This document shows, piece after piece, positions 24,925 to 35,941 of a stretch of DNA of 64,000 nucleotides (within the stretch, counting starts at the first letter, position 1; every line of letters begins with the position of its first letter). The stretch is taken from the NCBI GenBank assembly GCA_965226885.1, contig CBDDEL010000014.1:352001-416000 (forward strand), read 5' to 3'. Under the pieces are notes generated by a model. It saw only the letters and a list, made by a program, of their open reading frames with translations, did not search any database and was not told the origin of the DNA. The translations under genes and the position numbers were made by a program. Source of the stretch: Opitutales bacterium (lineage in GTDB: Bacteria > Verrucomicrobiota > Verrucomicrobiia > Opitutales > UBA2987).

Positions 24925-25059
24925 ATGAAGCCGACCTATCATCCATCCAAAATCAAGCGAAAGCGCAAACTGGGCTTTCGCGCCCGCAAATCCACCCGCG
25001 GGGGGAGAAAGATCCTGGCCGACCGCCGTCGCCGAGGCAGAATCCGCCTTAGCGCCTGA
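24925..25059 (+). CDS. rpmH: 50S ribosomal protein L34
   Basis: [22 protein letters not shown]...GRIRLSA; upstream of rnpA. Confidence 0.96.
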   Translation: MKPTYHPSKIKRKRKLGFRARKSTRGGRKILADRRRRGRIRLSA

Positions 25060-25075
25060 CGCGTCCGCCGCCGCC

Positions 25076-25516
25076 ATGCGCCAATGTTTTACCGCCCGGC
25101 AGCACCTCCGGCGCTCGGTTGAGTTTGCCACTGTGCGAGCCAAAGGCCGCAGGGTCGATTGTGGAGCCTTTATCCTGCAATTGCTGGTGCGCGCCGACCT
25201 GGAAGAGGGTGCGCCCGTCCATCGAAAGCTCGGTGTGATCGCCTCGAAAAGGGTGGGGCCGGCCGTTGCGAGAAATCGGGCCAGAAGGGCGATGAGGGAA
25301 ATTTTTCGACTCAATCAGGAATCGCTTCCCCAAAACTGCGATGTGGTTATGGTTGCGCGGGCCTCAATCGATCGCTACGGATTCGATGAATTGCAAAGAC
25401 GATACCTCAATGCCTGCAAAAGAGCGGCCAAAGTGAGGAGAGGAGCGGCCAAAGTGAGGAGAGGAGCGGCCAAAGTGAGGAGAGGAGCGGCCAAAGTGAG
25501 GAGAGCAAAATTATGA
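25076..25516 (+). CDS. rnpA: Ribonuclease P protein component
   Basis: LGVIASKRVGPAVARNRARRAMREIFR (RNR motif); operon context. Confidence 0.95.
   Translation: MRQCFTARQHLRRSVEFATVRAKGRRVDCGAFILQLLVRADLEEGAPVHRKLGVIASKRVGPAVARNRARRAMREIFRLNQESLPQNCDVVMVARASIDRYGFDELQRRYLNACKRAAKVRRGAAKVRRGAAKVRRGAAKVRRAKL
25422..25505 (+). repeat. 21-bp tandem repeat x4 (GAGCGGCCAAAGTGAGGAGAG) in the rnpA 3' end
   Basis: Read directly; encodes four AAKVRR(G) units. Confidence 0.95.
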
Positions 25517-25881
25517 TCCATCAGTTAAAAAGATTGTATGGGGCCTTGGCCCGGCTTCCGGCCACCCTGGCCATCGGGCTGGTTGTCATTTACAAGATGC
25601 TGCTGTCGCCGGTTAAAAATGTCCTTTTCGGCCAACATGCGGCCTGCCGGTTTCACCCCACATGTTCCACTTATGCCTGCGAATGTTTTCGCTCTCATGG
25701 GTTTTGGGTAGGCGGCTATTATTCCGTCCGCCGAATTTTGCGCTGCCATCCTTTTCACCCGGGCGGTTATGATCCGGCCCCGGTCCCGGCAAATACTCAG
25801 CCCGGCAAAACCGAAACCCCTAATCAAGTTGGGGCCGAAGACCAAGGCTTTATTCAGAAAGGCGATTTAACCAGTGGATAA
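25513..25881 (+). CDS. yidD: Membrane protein insertion efficiency factor
   Basis: CRFHPTCSTYA...RILRCHPFHPGGYDP. Confidence 0.95.
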   Translation: MIHQLKRLYGALARLPATLAIGLVVIYKMLLSPVKNVLFGQHAACRFHPTCSTYACECFRSHGFWVGGYYSVRRILRCHPFHPGGYDPAPVPANTQPGKTETPNQVGAEDQGFIQKGDLTSG

Positions 25882-27757
25882 AAATTATACCCTGGTCGGC
25901 ATTTTAATGCTTGTGGCTGCCTTTGGCCTCTTTTTCCTGCAAAAGCCGGAAAGGGATCGTCTAGCCAGAGAGAGGGCCGAGGAAGCCGCCCAGTTTCAAG
26001 AGGCTGAAACGACCGGGCCGGAAGAGGGCGCAGGATCGTTTCGAGGAGAACCGGGCCAGGCCCCGGGGCCTTCACTGAATTCTTTTTCCGATAAAAACGG
26101 CATAATGGGCAATGGCGGTGATCCCATTATCGGCCAGGCCCAAGCGGGACCTGAAATCGAGACCCGCCCGCCGGAGGAAACTTACATTATCGAAAACGAT
26201 TTGATACGGGTCAAATTCACCACTTACGGCGGCGCCATCAAGGAGGTGGAGCTTAAAAAATATCCCGCTATACAGGGAGATGACGCCCCTTATGTATTTA
26301 ATGAAGGCAGCGATATCCCCGCGCTCAGCATCAGCCTGGCCGGAGCGGATGGATCGGTCGAGGAGTACGCGCCCGCTTACCAGCTTTTGAGTGGAGGGTC
26401 CGGTTCCCGCAAAATTGAATTTACCTATGAACTGGCTGCCGGGGTGGTGCTGGCGCGCTCCTACGAGTTGTCCAAGGGGACCGAAGGGGCCAGCCCTTAC
26501 ATCATCAAACACACCACCCGTTTCATCAATCAAACCCCCACTGTTTTTTCCATCAACCATATATTCGTCAATGTCGGCACCGCCCCCCCGACTGATGCCG
26601 ACAGTCGCCGCGAGTATCTCAACTTCAGTTATTACGACGGCGAAGATTACGAGAAAATCAGACTCAATAAATTCGAAGGCGGCGGATTTTTGGGATTCTT
26701 CAAAAAAGATCCCATCAGCGACATCCAGCTACCCGGCAAGACAGTCTGGGCCTCCGCCAAAAACCAGTTTTTCGCCTCCATCGTGACGCCCGCTCCGGAA
26801 ACGCCCGGCATTGGGATTTTCGCCCGGCCAGCCAACCTGCCCCCTAAAACTCCGCGGGGCGAACCTGTCGTCGGCATCACCGGGGGCATCGAATTCGACC
26901 TCCAAAACGTCAATGCCCATTCCGAACGCAGTCTGGAAATGGACCTTTACGTGGGCCCCAAAGAGTATTCCCGGCTCATCAGCCTCGATCAAAAACAGGA
27001 ATACGTAATGCAGCTCGGATTTTTCGGCTTCATTGGAAAATTCCTCCTCTGGATGCTGCTCGGCCTCAACAACATGGTCGGCAACTATGGCATAGCCATC
27101 ATTATGATGACCATCATCATCCGGCTGACCCTCTGGCCCCTGACCGCCAAAGCCGCCCAATCTTCCAAGAAAATGCAGAAGATTCAGGAGCCGCTCAAAG
27201 AGATAAAGGAAAAATACAAAGACCAGCCCGAGAAAATCCAGAAAGAGACCCTCAAACTTTTCCAGCAGCACAAGATCAATCCGGCCGCCGGCTGTATTCC
27301 CATTTTGATCCAGATGCCCATCTTTTTCGGGTTGTTCCAGATGCTCCGTAGCGCATCGGAGCTGCGCTTTGCCGAATTTTTGTGGATTGAAGACCTCTCC
27401 ATGTCCGACACCATTGCTACCCTGGGCGGTATTCCGGTCAATCCACTGCCGCTGGTTATGGGCGTCACCATGCATTACCAGATGAAGATGACGCCCATGA
27501 ATATGGACAGCGCGCAGCAAAAAATATTCAGAATGCTGCCTTTATTCTTTCTCTTCATCTGCTATACTTTTTCCTCCGGCTTGGTTCTTTACTGGACCGT
27601 TTCCAATTGCTTCACCATCCTGCAACAGTACCTAACCAATCGCAAAAAAGACACCGTAGAAACCGTCGCAATTTCCACCAAGAAGACGGCCCACGGCCAG
27701 GCCCATCCGGCGGCCACCCGCAAAAAGAAAAAATTTAAAAAACCTCCCAAAAAGTAA
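25874..27757 (+). CDS. yidC: Membrane protein insertase
   Basis: YVGPK, GNYGIAII, INPAAGCIPILIQMPIF, GLVLYWTVSN. Confidence 0.96.
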   Translation: MDKNYTLVGILMLVAAFGLFFLQKPERDRLARERAEEAAQFQEAETTGPEEGAGSFRGEPGQAPGPSLNSFSDKNGIMGNGGDPIIGQAQAGPEIETRPPEETYIIENDLIRVKFTTYGGAIKEVELKKYPAIQGDDAPYVFNEGSDIPALSISLAGADGSVEEYAPAYQLLSGGSGSRKIEFTYELAAGVVLARSYELSKGTEGASPYIIKHTTRFINQTPTVFSINHIFVNVGTAPPTDADSRREYLNFSYYDGEDYEKIRLNKFEGGGFLGFFKKDPISDIQLPGKTVWASAKNQFFASIVTPAPETPGIGIFARPANLPPKTPRGEPVVGITGGIEFDLQNVNAHSERSLEMDLYVGPKEYSRLISLDQKQEYVMQLGFFGFIGKFLLWMLLGLNNMVGNYGIAIIMMTIIIRLTLWPLTAKAAQSSKKMQKIQEPLKEIKEKYKDQPEKIQKETLKLFQQHKINPAAGCIPILIQMPIFFGLFQMLRSASELRFAEFLWIEDLSMSDTIATLGGIPVNPLPLVMGVTMHYQMKMTPMNMDSAQQKIFRMLPLFFLFICYTFSSGLVLYWTVSNCFTILQQYLTNRKKDTVETVAISTKKTAHGQAHPAATRKKKKFKKPPKK

Positions 27758-27769
27758 AAAACTAAAGAA

Positions 27770-28513
27770 ATGTCCGGCCATAGCAAATGGGCAACCACCA
27801 AACGGCACAAGGCGGCCGTTGACGCCAAACGCGGTAAAATTTTCAGCGTCATCTCCAAAGAGATCATCATGTCCGCCCGCCAAAGCGGTGGGAACCCCGA
27901 ATTCAATGCCCAATTGCGAACCCTCATCATTAAAGCCAAAGGGGCCAACATGCCGGCCGATAATATCGACCGGGCGATCAAAAAAGGCACTGGCGAACTG
28001 CCCGGCGTCACCTACGAGGAAATCACCTACGAAGGCTATGCCCCCGGCGGCATCGGCATCATCGTGGAAGTGACCACGGACAACAAAAACCGCAGCGCCT
28101 CCGAAGTCAGAAGCACTTTTACCAAAGCCGGCGGCAGCCTGGCCGGTCCCGGAGCGCTCGCCTTTAATTTCAAGAAAAAAGGCCAGTTCCTCATCTCCTC
28201 CGACAAAACGGATGAAGACACCCTCATGTTGGCCGTCCTCGATGCCGGGGCAGAAGACATTATAACGGAGGATGACCATTTCGAGGTAATCTGCCCCATG
28301 AACGCCTTCGACCAGCTAACCCATGCCCTCGACAAGGAAGGCATCCAGCCCGATGACGCCACCCTGGCCTGGATCCCCAGCAGCCTGATCTCCCTCACCG
28401 ACGCCGATATGGTCAAAAGAATCCTCCGCCTCATCGATGCCCTCGACGACCTCGAAGACGTCCAAAACGTTTACGCCAACTACGACATCGACGACAGCCT
28501 GCTGACCAACTAG
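27770..28513 (+). CDS. yebC: YebC/PmpR family protein
   Basis: MSGHSKWATTK, YEGYAPGG, LEDVQNVYAN. Confidence 0.95.
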   Translation: MSGHSKWATTKRHKAAVDAKRGKIFSVISKEIIMSARQSGGNPEFNAQLRTLIIKAKGANMPADNIDRAIKKGTGELPGVTYEEITYEGYAPGGIGIIVEVTTDNKNRSASEVRSTFTKAGGSLAGPGALAFNFKKKGQFLISSDKTDEDTLMLAVLDAGAEDIITEDDHFEVICPMNAFDQLTHALDKEGIQPDDATLAWIPSSLISLTDADMVKRILRLIDALDDLEDVQNVYANYDIDDSLLTN

Positions 28514-28554
28514 CGGCCACGGCCGCGGCGCTCAATAAGCCGGGCTTTTCTTTT

Positions 28555-31282
28555 CTACGGTTGAAGTGGATTAATTTTCTCCTGCGGACGCAGACGAAAA
28601 GGAAAAATTCCATCGCAAACCTCCTGTCCGCTGAGCATTCCGCCGGCTGTATAGAAAACGCCGTTGAATTCGAGCAAACCGCGATGGTCCATGGTGGCCG
28701 TCTCTTTGGGAGCAAAGGTCCGCCATCGCCACTGTTTGAGGTTGTAAGCAAAAACCCGCTTGGAAGGCTCGCTTGGCTGGCCGTTATATCCAATGCCGTT
28801 GAAGTTGTAGGGATTGTCCGAGCCACCGGCAAAGACCACTAACCCGGATATTTCATGAAGGGTAAAGTTTGGCTCGTTATTGCTATTGGAGATGGATTTC
28901 TTTGTATTTTGGGCGGATCGTCTTGATTTTGAGGTGTTTTTCAGGGTGTAGAGACACTTCCCCCTTTCCCCCATTGGTTCGGTAGCGCCGGGGGCAGCGC
29001 CAATGCGCCCTTTAGGTTGGCACCAACCGGCGGGCCGCATGGTTGAAAAGACTGGCCCATGGATAACTTTCACTTAGATGAAAGTGAATCGTTCGGGTGT
29101 TGCGCACGATTACCGCTCCGATCTTGATTAATTTTAGCCGTAGACTGTGGCATTGGAGCCGCGCCCACTTCGTCCCTTTTAATGCGAACCGGCGCAAGGC
29201 TTCCATCAAGGTGTAGGCCAGCCCCGACAAGAGCAATCGCCACTGGTTGGCCCACCATTTATGCGCGCTGGTGCGTTCGCTGAACAATTGCATCTGTTCC
29301 TTGATCCGGTTCTCCATCTCACCGCGGCCACAGTATACTTTGTCGTAAAGCTCTTGGGGATCGCCCTGCAGGTTCGTCACCACGAAGCGCGGGTTGGACC
29401 CCTGTGCGGTGTGTTCGGCTTTGTGGATGATAAGGCGTTGCCGCCGCCACGATTTTGCCCCATACTCGAAGTGCTGAAACAGCCGTTGCTTTTTGCCGCT
29501 ACCCTCGAACCATTGTTTGGCTTGCTCCTGCAACTGCCGGGCCGCTTGCTGCAAGCGTGCATGGCGGGCCGTTCCCACTATAAAATAAACCTCGTTGCGC
29601 TCGCACCACGAGAGAATCCGATCCCGGCAGAATCCGCTGTCGGCACGCCAAATAATCCGCGTATGGGGCCAGCTTTGGCGAATCCGTTTAACCAGCAATT
29701 TGAGGATGGCCCCGGCATGCTTGCTCGCATCGATCTTGCTGGGCCGCAGGTAGGCCACCAGAAGCTGATCGCCGCAAAAAACATACAGCGCAAAAAACAG
29801 TAATGATCATAATAACCGTGGAAAAAACGTCCCTCCTGGAGCCCGTGCACCGGATTGTCGGTGGCGTCAAAGTCCAGGATGATCTCTTCGGGTTCCTCGG
29901 CAAAGGATCCCATGAACTGTTCGACCAGCAACTCGTTCAGGGCAAAGGCTGCCCGCCGATCCTGCCCGTTTTCAAAACGACACAAAGTCGGCGCGCTGGC
30001 CAACGCTTCAGTGCGCCCCGTTACCGTTTGCAACAAAGGATCGCGGCGCAGGGTGTCAAAGTCGTTCAAATCCTCATAGCCCGCCACCAGCCCGTAAACG
30101 CGCTGCCGGATCATGGCCAGCATCTCATGGCGCACTTTGCCCTTCTGCCGTTTGTCTACTAATTGCCGGGCCGCTTGCTCGGTCAAGCCCAACCGCCGAT
30201 CCACTTCCCGGATCAAAAGCAGCCCGGCATCCGAAGTAACCTCACCGCCCTTAAAATCAACCCGCACACGGCGGCCTTTTACCCTTGTCAACTGTAGTTC
30301 TAATTGTTTACTTTTTGTCATCGCTGATATTGCTTTAATGTTTAATCTATCCTGCTGTATATCAGCAGATAAGCATATCAGCGATACTTTTTTTATGAAA
30401 TTTCCGGGCTAATGGGTTTTCCCGAAATGCGCCCGTTGCGGCCATGCGATAACCTGGCTTTCCGGGGTGGGGCGGCAGTTTTTTCCAGCTTATAACGGCT
30501 GGATCGGTCGGATCGATCTGCCCGAGGTAAACCTCATTGGTCATTTCAAATTTCCGCTTACCATCTCCATTTTTAGGAGGCACGATGCGAACCCCGTCGG
30601 CAATCACCAGCCGGTTTTCCACCATGCCCCCGGCATGACCGAAGACGGGGGAGCCGGGATAATCGGTCGCCCCAAACCAATGATCTTTTTCGGTATCGTA
30701 AACCTGGACCAGGGAAACGTTTCCTTTGTCGTGCCATCCGCTGACCAGATAAACATAGCGGTCTTTATAAACAAGGGCGACGGAATCATCAACCGGTGTC
30801 GGAATGGGAGACCGTTCCCCATAGACGGCGGATTGGGGATTATAGGCATGCACCTGCGGTTCGGAAAATTCGGTCCCATCGGCGGCCACGCGATAACCCC
30901 CGAAAATATAAATTTCCCCTCCAACGGTGGCGGCAACCCCCTCCAACCGGCCATGCAATCCCGGAACCGGCGGTAAAACACGTCCTTTTTTGCCCACCAG
31001 ATGATATTCAAAAGCGGATAGTTTTGTATCACGAAAAGTCTTCCCCGGGCACAAACCCAAAAAACTATAAATAACCGGTCTGCCATCGAGAACCGCCAAA
31101 GCCACCGCATTATTGGAAATCCTCTCCGGCAATCGAGCCTGCACACCATCCCCTTCCAAATAGAGCGCCTGCGCCTCGTGATTGAGGGTGTCCCCTTCAT
31201 CGCCCGCATCCTGTGAGAAGGCAGGCGACACACCCAGCAATAGCAATGCGAGCATTGCAAGTGCTGGCGCAATTCGTTTCAT
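28555..31282 (-). pseudogene. Secreted Kelch-repeat beta-propeller protein (about 385 aa reconstructed), split by an IS1380 variant
   Basis: Signal peptide; IYIFGG, VYLVSGW, VFAGG, YTAGG blades; RENPL joins VVFAGG after removing the IS and one CTAA (1158 nt). Confidence 0.87.
28843..30408 (-). mobile_element. IS1380-family divergent variant, transposase frameshifted near 29790
   Basis: TIRs and TSD CTAA; many substitutions versus other copies; ORF split into 29578-30321 and 29012-29758. Confidence 0.92.
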
Positions 31283-32761
31283 CGTTGGATCGCTAGTATA
31301 CGCGCCGCCCGCTGCTCCAAAGATTCAGCTTCTTCGTCTCGTTTCGTAGCTCGATACAGCGCCGCCAAATTCTCAAGGCTCGAGGCCACATCGGGATGGT
31401 CCGGCCCCAGCGTCTTCTCGTAAATCGTCAAAGCGCGCTTGAAGAGCGGCTCGGCTTGAGCGTATTGGCTTTGGATTCTGTAGAACTCGGCCAGGTTGTT
31501 CAGACCCGTAGCCACATGTGGATGATTGGGACCAAGAGTCTTCTCCCAGATCGCCAGCGCCCGCTTCAAGAGCGGCTCGGCCGGTCTGTACTGGCCTTGG
31601 GTGCCGTAGAGCCAGGCCAGACCGCTCAGGCTCACGGCCACATCGGGATGATCCAGCCCCAGCGCCTTCTCACGGATCGCCAACGCCCGCTTGTAGAACG
31701 GCTCGGCCGGTCCATACTGGCCTTTAGTGTTGTAGAGCAAGGCCAGGTTGTTGAGGCTCGAGGCCACATCGGGATGATCCGGCCCCAGCGCCTTCTCACG
31801 GATCGCCAGCGAGCGCTTGTAGAGCGGCTCGGCCTGTGTGTAATGGCCTTGGTTGTCATAGAGCGAGGCCAGGTTGTTGAGGCTCGTGGCCACATGTGGA
31901 TGATTGGGACCAAGAGCCTTCTCCCAGATCGCCAGCGAGCGTTTGTAGAGCGGCTCGGCCTGTTTTGTAGAGCGGCTCGGCCTGTATGTAATGGCCTTGG
32001 GTGTAGTAGAGATCGGCCAAGTTGTTCAGGTCTGTTGCCACATAAGGGTGATTGGGGCCAAGAGCTTTCTCATCTATCGCCAGCGAGCGCTTGTAGAGCG
32101 GCTCGGCCGGCCCGTATTGGCCTTGGGTGCGGTAGAGCGCCGCGAGGTTGTTCAGGCTCTGGGCCACATCGGGATGGTCCGGCCCCAGCGCCTTCTCTCT
32201 TATCGCCAACGCGCGCTTATAGAGCGGCTCGGCCTGTGCGTAATGGCCTTGGGTGTAGTAGAGTACGGCAAGGTTGTTCAGGCTCTGGGCCACATCGGGA
32301 TGGTCCGGCCCCAGCGCCTTCTCTCTTATCGCCAACGCGCGCTTGTAGAGCGGCTCGGCCTGTGCGTAATGGCCTTGGGTGTAGTAGAGTGCGGCCAGGC
32401 TGTTCAGGTCTGCTGCCACATAAGGGTGATTGAGGCCAAGAGCTTTCTCATCTATCGCCAGCGAGCGCTTGTAGAGCGGCTCGGCCGGACCGTACTGGCC
32501 TTGGGCCATGTAGGGCAACGCGAGGTTGTTCAGGCTCGCGGCCACATCGGGATGATTGGGGCCGACGTTTTTCTCGGCTACTTTGAGGGCCTTCTTTGCG
32601 ACCACGACTGCGCGGTCGTATTTGCCCTCCTGATAGAGCGTCTGCGCCTCTTGATTTAAGGTTTCCCATTCAGCGCCCGTATTTTGGGTGCAGGCAGGAA
32701 ACGCACTCAGCAGTAGTAACGCAAGCATTGCGAGTGCTGGTGCAATTTTTTTCATTCTCAC
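31279..32761 (-). pseudogene. Secreted kinesin-light-chain-like TPR protein (42-aa repeats; about 486 aa reconstructed), frameshifted by a 22-bp duplication
   Basis: Repeats AEPLYKRALAIREKALGPDHPDVAxSLNNLA; duplicated TTTGTAGAGCGGCTCGGCCTGT at 31942-31985. Confidence 0.9.
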
Positions 32762-32949
32762 CTCGTTACTGCGCCTATGAGAGTTAATGTTTTAGTATTG
32801 TACGGGCTTTGCCTACGCAAACGGGCAAACGGGTATTGCAGATATATTTTGTTGGACTCAACCGATGGGGGCAAGGTTAAAGAGTGGTTTTCAGGAGCGT
32901 TGGCTGAGAGTAGTCAGCAGAAGCCATACCATAGTAGGTTCATGCGGGT

Positions 32950-33705
32950 TTACTTGGCTGTGAAACCGCCGTCTATGGTTATGGCTTGGCCGGTGATGAA
33001 TGTGGCTGAATCCGAACAGAGCCAGACGACCGCTTGGGCGATTTCTTCGGGCAGACCCATGCGGCCTATCGGGTGGAGGGCATTGAACTTTTTTTCTGTC
33101 TCCGGTTTATCTTCGATGAGGCGCAGCGTCATGGGTGTGCGGATGAAACCGGGGCAAACGGCGTTGACGCGGATTCCTTTTGGGCCATAATCCAGGGCCG
33201 CTGTTTTGGTCAGCCCGACCACCCCGTGTTTGGCGGCCACATAAGCCGAGCTTCCTCCGCCTACCAATCCATAAATCGAAGAGGTGTTGACGATCACCCC
33301 GACGCCTTGTTTGAGCATCTGACGGATTTCATATTTCATGCACAACCACACGCCCTTGAGGTTGATAGAGAGGACCCTGTCCCATGAGTCTTCCGGGTAA
33401 TCCGCAACCGGGGTGTCCGCCACGCCTAGAATTCCGGCATTATTAAAAGCGCAATCGAGGCGGCCATAGCTCTCGACTGTTTTCCCGACCATGGCCTCGA
33501 CCTCCGGGGCGAGCGACACATCGGCTTTAATGAAGAGGGCCTCAGCTCCTTTTTCTTCGATCAAGCCCACGGACTCCTCCGCGCCTTGAACGTCTAAATC
33601 AACAACAACGACTTTGGCGCCTTCCGCGGCCAAAGCCAGCGCCGTCGAGCGGCCAATCCCGGAAGCCCCACCCGTCACCAGAACCACTTTATTATCCAGA
33701 ATCAT
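32950..33705 (-). CDS. Short-chain dehydrogenase/reductase
   Basis: TGGASGIG, NNAG, YVAAK. Confidence 0.93.
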   Translation of the reverse strand: MILDNKVVLVTGGASGIGRSTALALAAEGAKVVVVDLDVQGAEESVGLIEEKGAEALFIKADVSLAPEVEAMVGKTVESYGRLDCAFNNAGILGVADTPVADYPEDSWDRVLSINLKGVWLCMKYEIRQMLKQGVGVIVNTSSIYGLVGGGSSAYVAAKHGVVGLTKTAALDYGPKGIRVNAVCPGFIRTPMTLRLIEDKPETEKKFNALHPIGRMGLPEEIAQAVVWLCSDSATFITGQAITIDGGFTAK

Positions 33706-33748
33706 TTATCCAGCATCCTGCCACAAGAATTGCAGAAGAACCATTAAA

Positions 33749-35047
33749 TTAATATAAAGCGCCCGCGATGGTGGCGGTCATGAGGGTGGCGGTGGTTCCG
33801 GCGATGACGGCGCGGAAGGCCATTGTGGCCAGGTTGGACCTCTGTTTGGGGGCGAGCGCCGATATGCCGCCGATCTGAATCCCCATGCTGGTAAAACTGG
33901 CAAATCCGCAGAGGGCGTAAGTCGAAATGAGAATGGATTTTTCGTCCGTCAGGTGCCCGGCATCGATCAATTCCTTGAGGTGGGCGTAGGCCACGAATTC
34001 GTTGAGGGCGAGCTTTTCCCCAAATAGCTGCCCGACCACCAAAATGCTGTCCGGATCGACCCCCACCAGCAGGGCCACGGGGGCAAAGAACACTCCAAAA
34101 AGAAAACTCAGCTTGAGGCCCTCGAAAACACCATCGGTTTTTGTTGCGATGATTTCGTTGATACCGGTCCAGGAACCGATCCACTCCAGCGTTATGTAAT
34201 CGAGCATCGCCATGAGGGCCAGGAAAACCAGCACGATGGCCCCCACATTGACGGCCAGGCGAATGCCTTGAGCGGTTCCCGTGGTAATTGCGTCGAACAG
34301 GTTTTCACCGATAGCTTCCTTGGAAATTTTCAGGTTTTTATCGATTGTCTCCCGTTCGGGCAGGAACATCTTGGCGCAAATAATGGCGCTGGGGGCCGCC
34401 ATGATGGAGGCGCTGATGAGGTGCCTGCCGATTTCGATTTTTTTAGCCGCGTCGTCGCCTCCCAAAATCTCGATGTAGGTGACCAGCACGGCCCCCGCCA
34501 GGGTGGCAAAACCTCCCGTCATGAGGCAGAAAATTTCCGAACGGGTCATACGCTCAAGGTAGGGCCGGATAATGAGCGGTGCCTCGATTTGCCCGACAAA
34601 TACGTTGGCCGCCACCACCAGGCTTTCCGCCCCGGATAGGTGCATCGTTTTGTGCATGATCCAGGCGAAAGCGTAAACGATTCTTTGTAGAATTCCCAGG
34701 TAGTAGAGCGTCGTCGTCAAGGCGGAGAAAAAGACAATGGAGGGGAGCACCTTAAAGGCAAAGATAGCGCCGATCGATCGGTCGGTCGGCAATTCACCGA
34801 AAAGGAAAGAAGATCCCGCCACCGAAAAATCCAGTAGTTTATAAACAAATAAAGAAATCCTGCCAATGGCATCGCTGATCGGTGGCACTTTCAAAACAAG
34901 AACGGCAATAAGCAATTGCAGTCCGAAACCGCCGGCCACCAAACGCCAGTTGATATTCTTGCGGTCAGAACTGCAAAAATAGAGAAAGGCGTACAATCCG
35001 GCGAGCCCCAGAGCACCCCTGGTTAAATTAATTAACGTTTCCGTCAT
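33749..35047 (-). CDS. NupC/CNT family nucleoside:cation symporter
   Basis: ANVFVGQIEAP, MTGGFAT, KLALNEFVAY, YALCGFA. Confidence 0.93.
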   Translation of the reverse strand: MTETLINLTRGALGLAGLYAFLYFCSSDRKNINWRLVAGGFGLQLLIAVLVLKVPPISDAIGRISLFVYKLLDFSVAGSSFLFGELPTDRSIGAIFAFKVLPSIVFFSALTTTLYYLGILQRIVYAFAWIMHKTMHLSGAESLVVAANVFVGQIEAPLIIRPYLERMTRSEIFCLMTGGFATLAGAVLVTYIEILGGDDAAKKIEIGRHLISASIMAAPSAIICAKMFLPERETIDKNLKISKEAIGENLFDAITTGTAQGIRLAVNVGAIVLVFLALMAMLDYITLEWIGSWTGINEIIATKTDGVFEGLKLSFLFGVFFAPVALLVGVDPDSILVVGQLFGEKLALNEFVAYAHLKELIDAGHLTDEKSILISTYALCGFASFTSMGIQIGGISALAPKQRSNLATMAFRAVIAGTTATLMTATIAGALY

Positions 35048-35048
35048 C

Positions 35049-35849
35049 GGTAGTGTATTAAGTAGGAATGGTGGCTAATTCTTGATTATATTGATGAATG
35101 AAAAGTCTCAGACAGGTTTCATGCATACTCTTAAGCTTGGAAAAGGAGAGGGTTTTGCGTGTGAAACGACCCAGTCGTTGGCGCAGGGTATTGTTCCATC
35201 GTTCCACATGGGCCGTTTCACCGGTTTCTTTTCCCACGGATCGGTTATGAGGAAAGACTTCATCATAAGTGCTCCAAAAGTCGCTGTAGGTGGCACATCT
35301 TTTGTAGGCCCGTGGCAGACGCTCGTAAAGTTCCCGGCAACGATACCAATCCCGAGGCCCAATGGCATAGGAGAGGATTTGACGGGTGCGTCGGCAAAGA
35401 GCGATCCAAACCCATTGGGCATCGCTCTTGCGCCCCACAAAAGACCACAGTTCGTCCAGTTCAATGACATCATGGCGGCGGGCCGCAAGAATCGTGCTTT
35501 TGAGCGGTCGCAGCGATTGTCGTTTTTTTTAACCAACTCAAAACGGTGTTGGGACTCACCCCGAAGGCGCGCTGTAAACCGCGTAGACTGCTGCGTTCCT
35601 GATAGACTCGAAGGATCATTTCTTTTTGCTCTTCGGTGTATTTCACTGTGGGGTTTTGCGGCTTTGTTTACCACAATCATGGCAGCGGTAGCGCTGTTTA
35701 TGGTTGGGCGTCTTGCCAAATTTAATGATATTTTCACTTCCACAGTGCCGACAATTAATAATTTTAGTAACCATGCACTAAGAATAAACTGCCTAACGCT
35801 ATTTGTACAGCTAAAAATACAAAATAACATCCTTTTTTTATACACTACC
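35049..35849 (-). mobile_element. IS1-family type A copy with a 1-bp deletion in insA; no TSD
   Basis: Near-identical to 21940-22741. Confidence 0.92.
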
Positions 35850-35941
35850 CGTTTTTGTACCTGTCGGGGGTTCGAGTACTTTTGCATGGCCGGTGTAGGG
35901 CGCTACTGAACTGAATGTTAAAGAAGAATTTTTGAATAAAA

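Noticed and set aside
24730..24925. Replication origin upstream of rpmH
   Set aside because: No dnaA nearby and no DnaA-box cluster seen
25422..25505. Possible CRISPR array
   Set aside because: Repeats are contiguous with no spacers, lie in frame within rnpA, and no cas genes are present
31396..32433. 345-aa plus-strand ORF
   Set aside because: Antisense shadow of the repetitive TPR gene
31279..32761. Diversity-generating retroelement acting on the TPR repeats
   Set aside because: No reverse transcriptase in the window, and I saw no adenine-specific template/variable repeat pair
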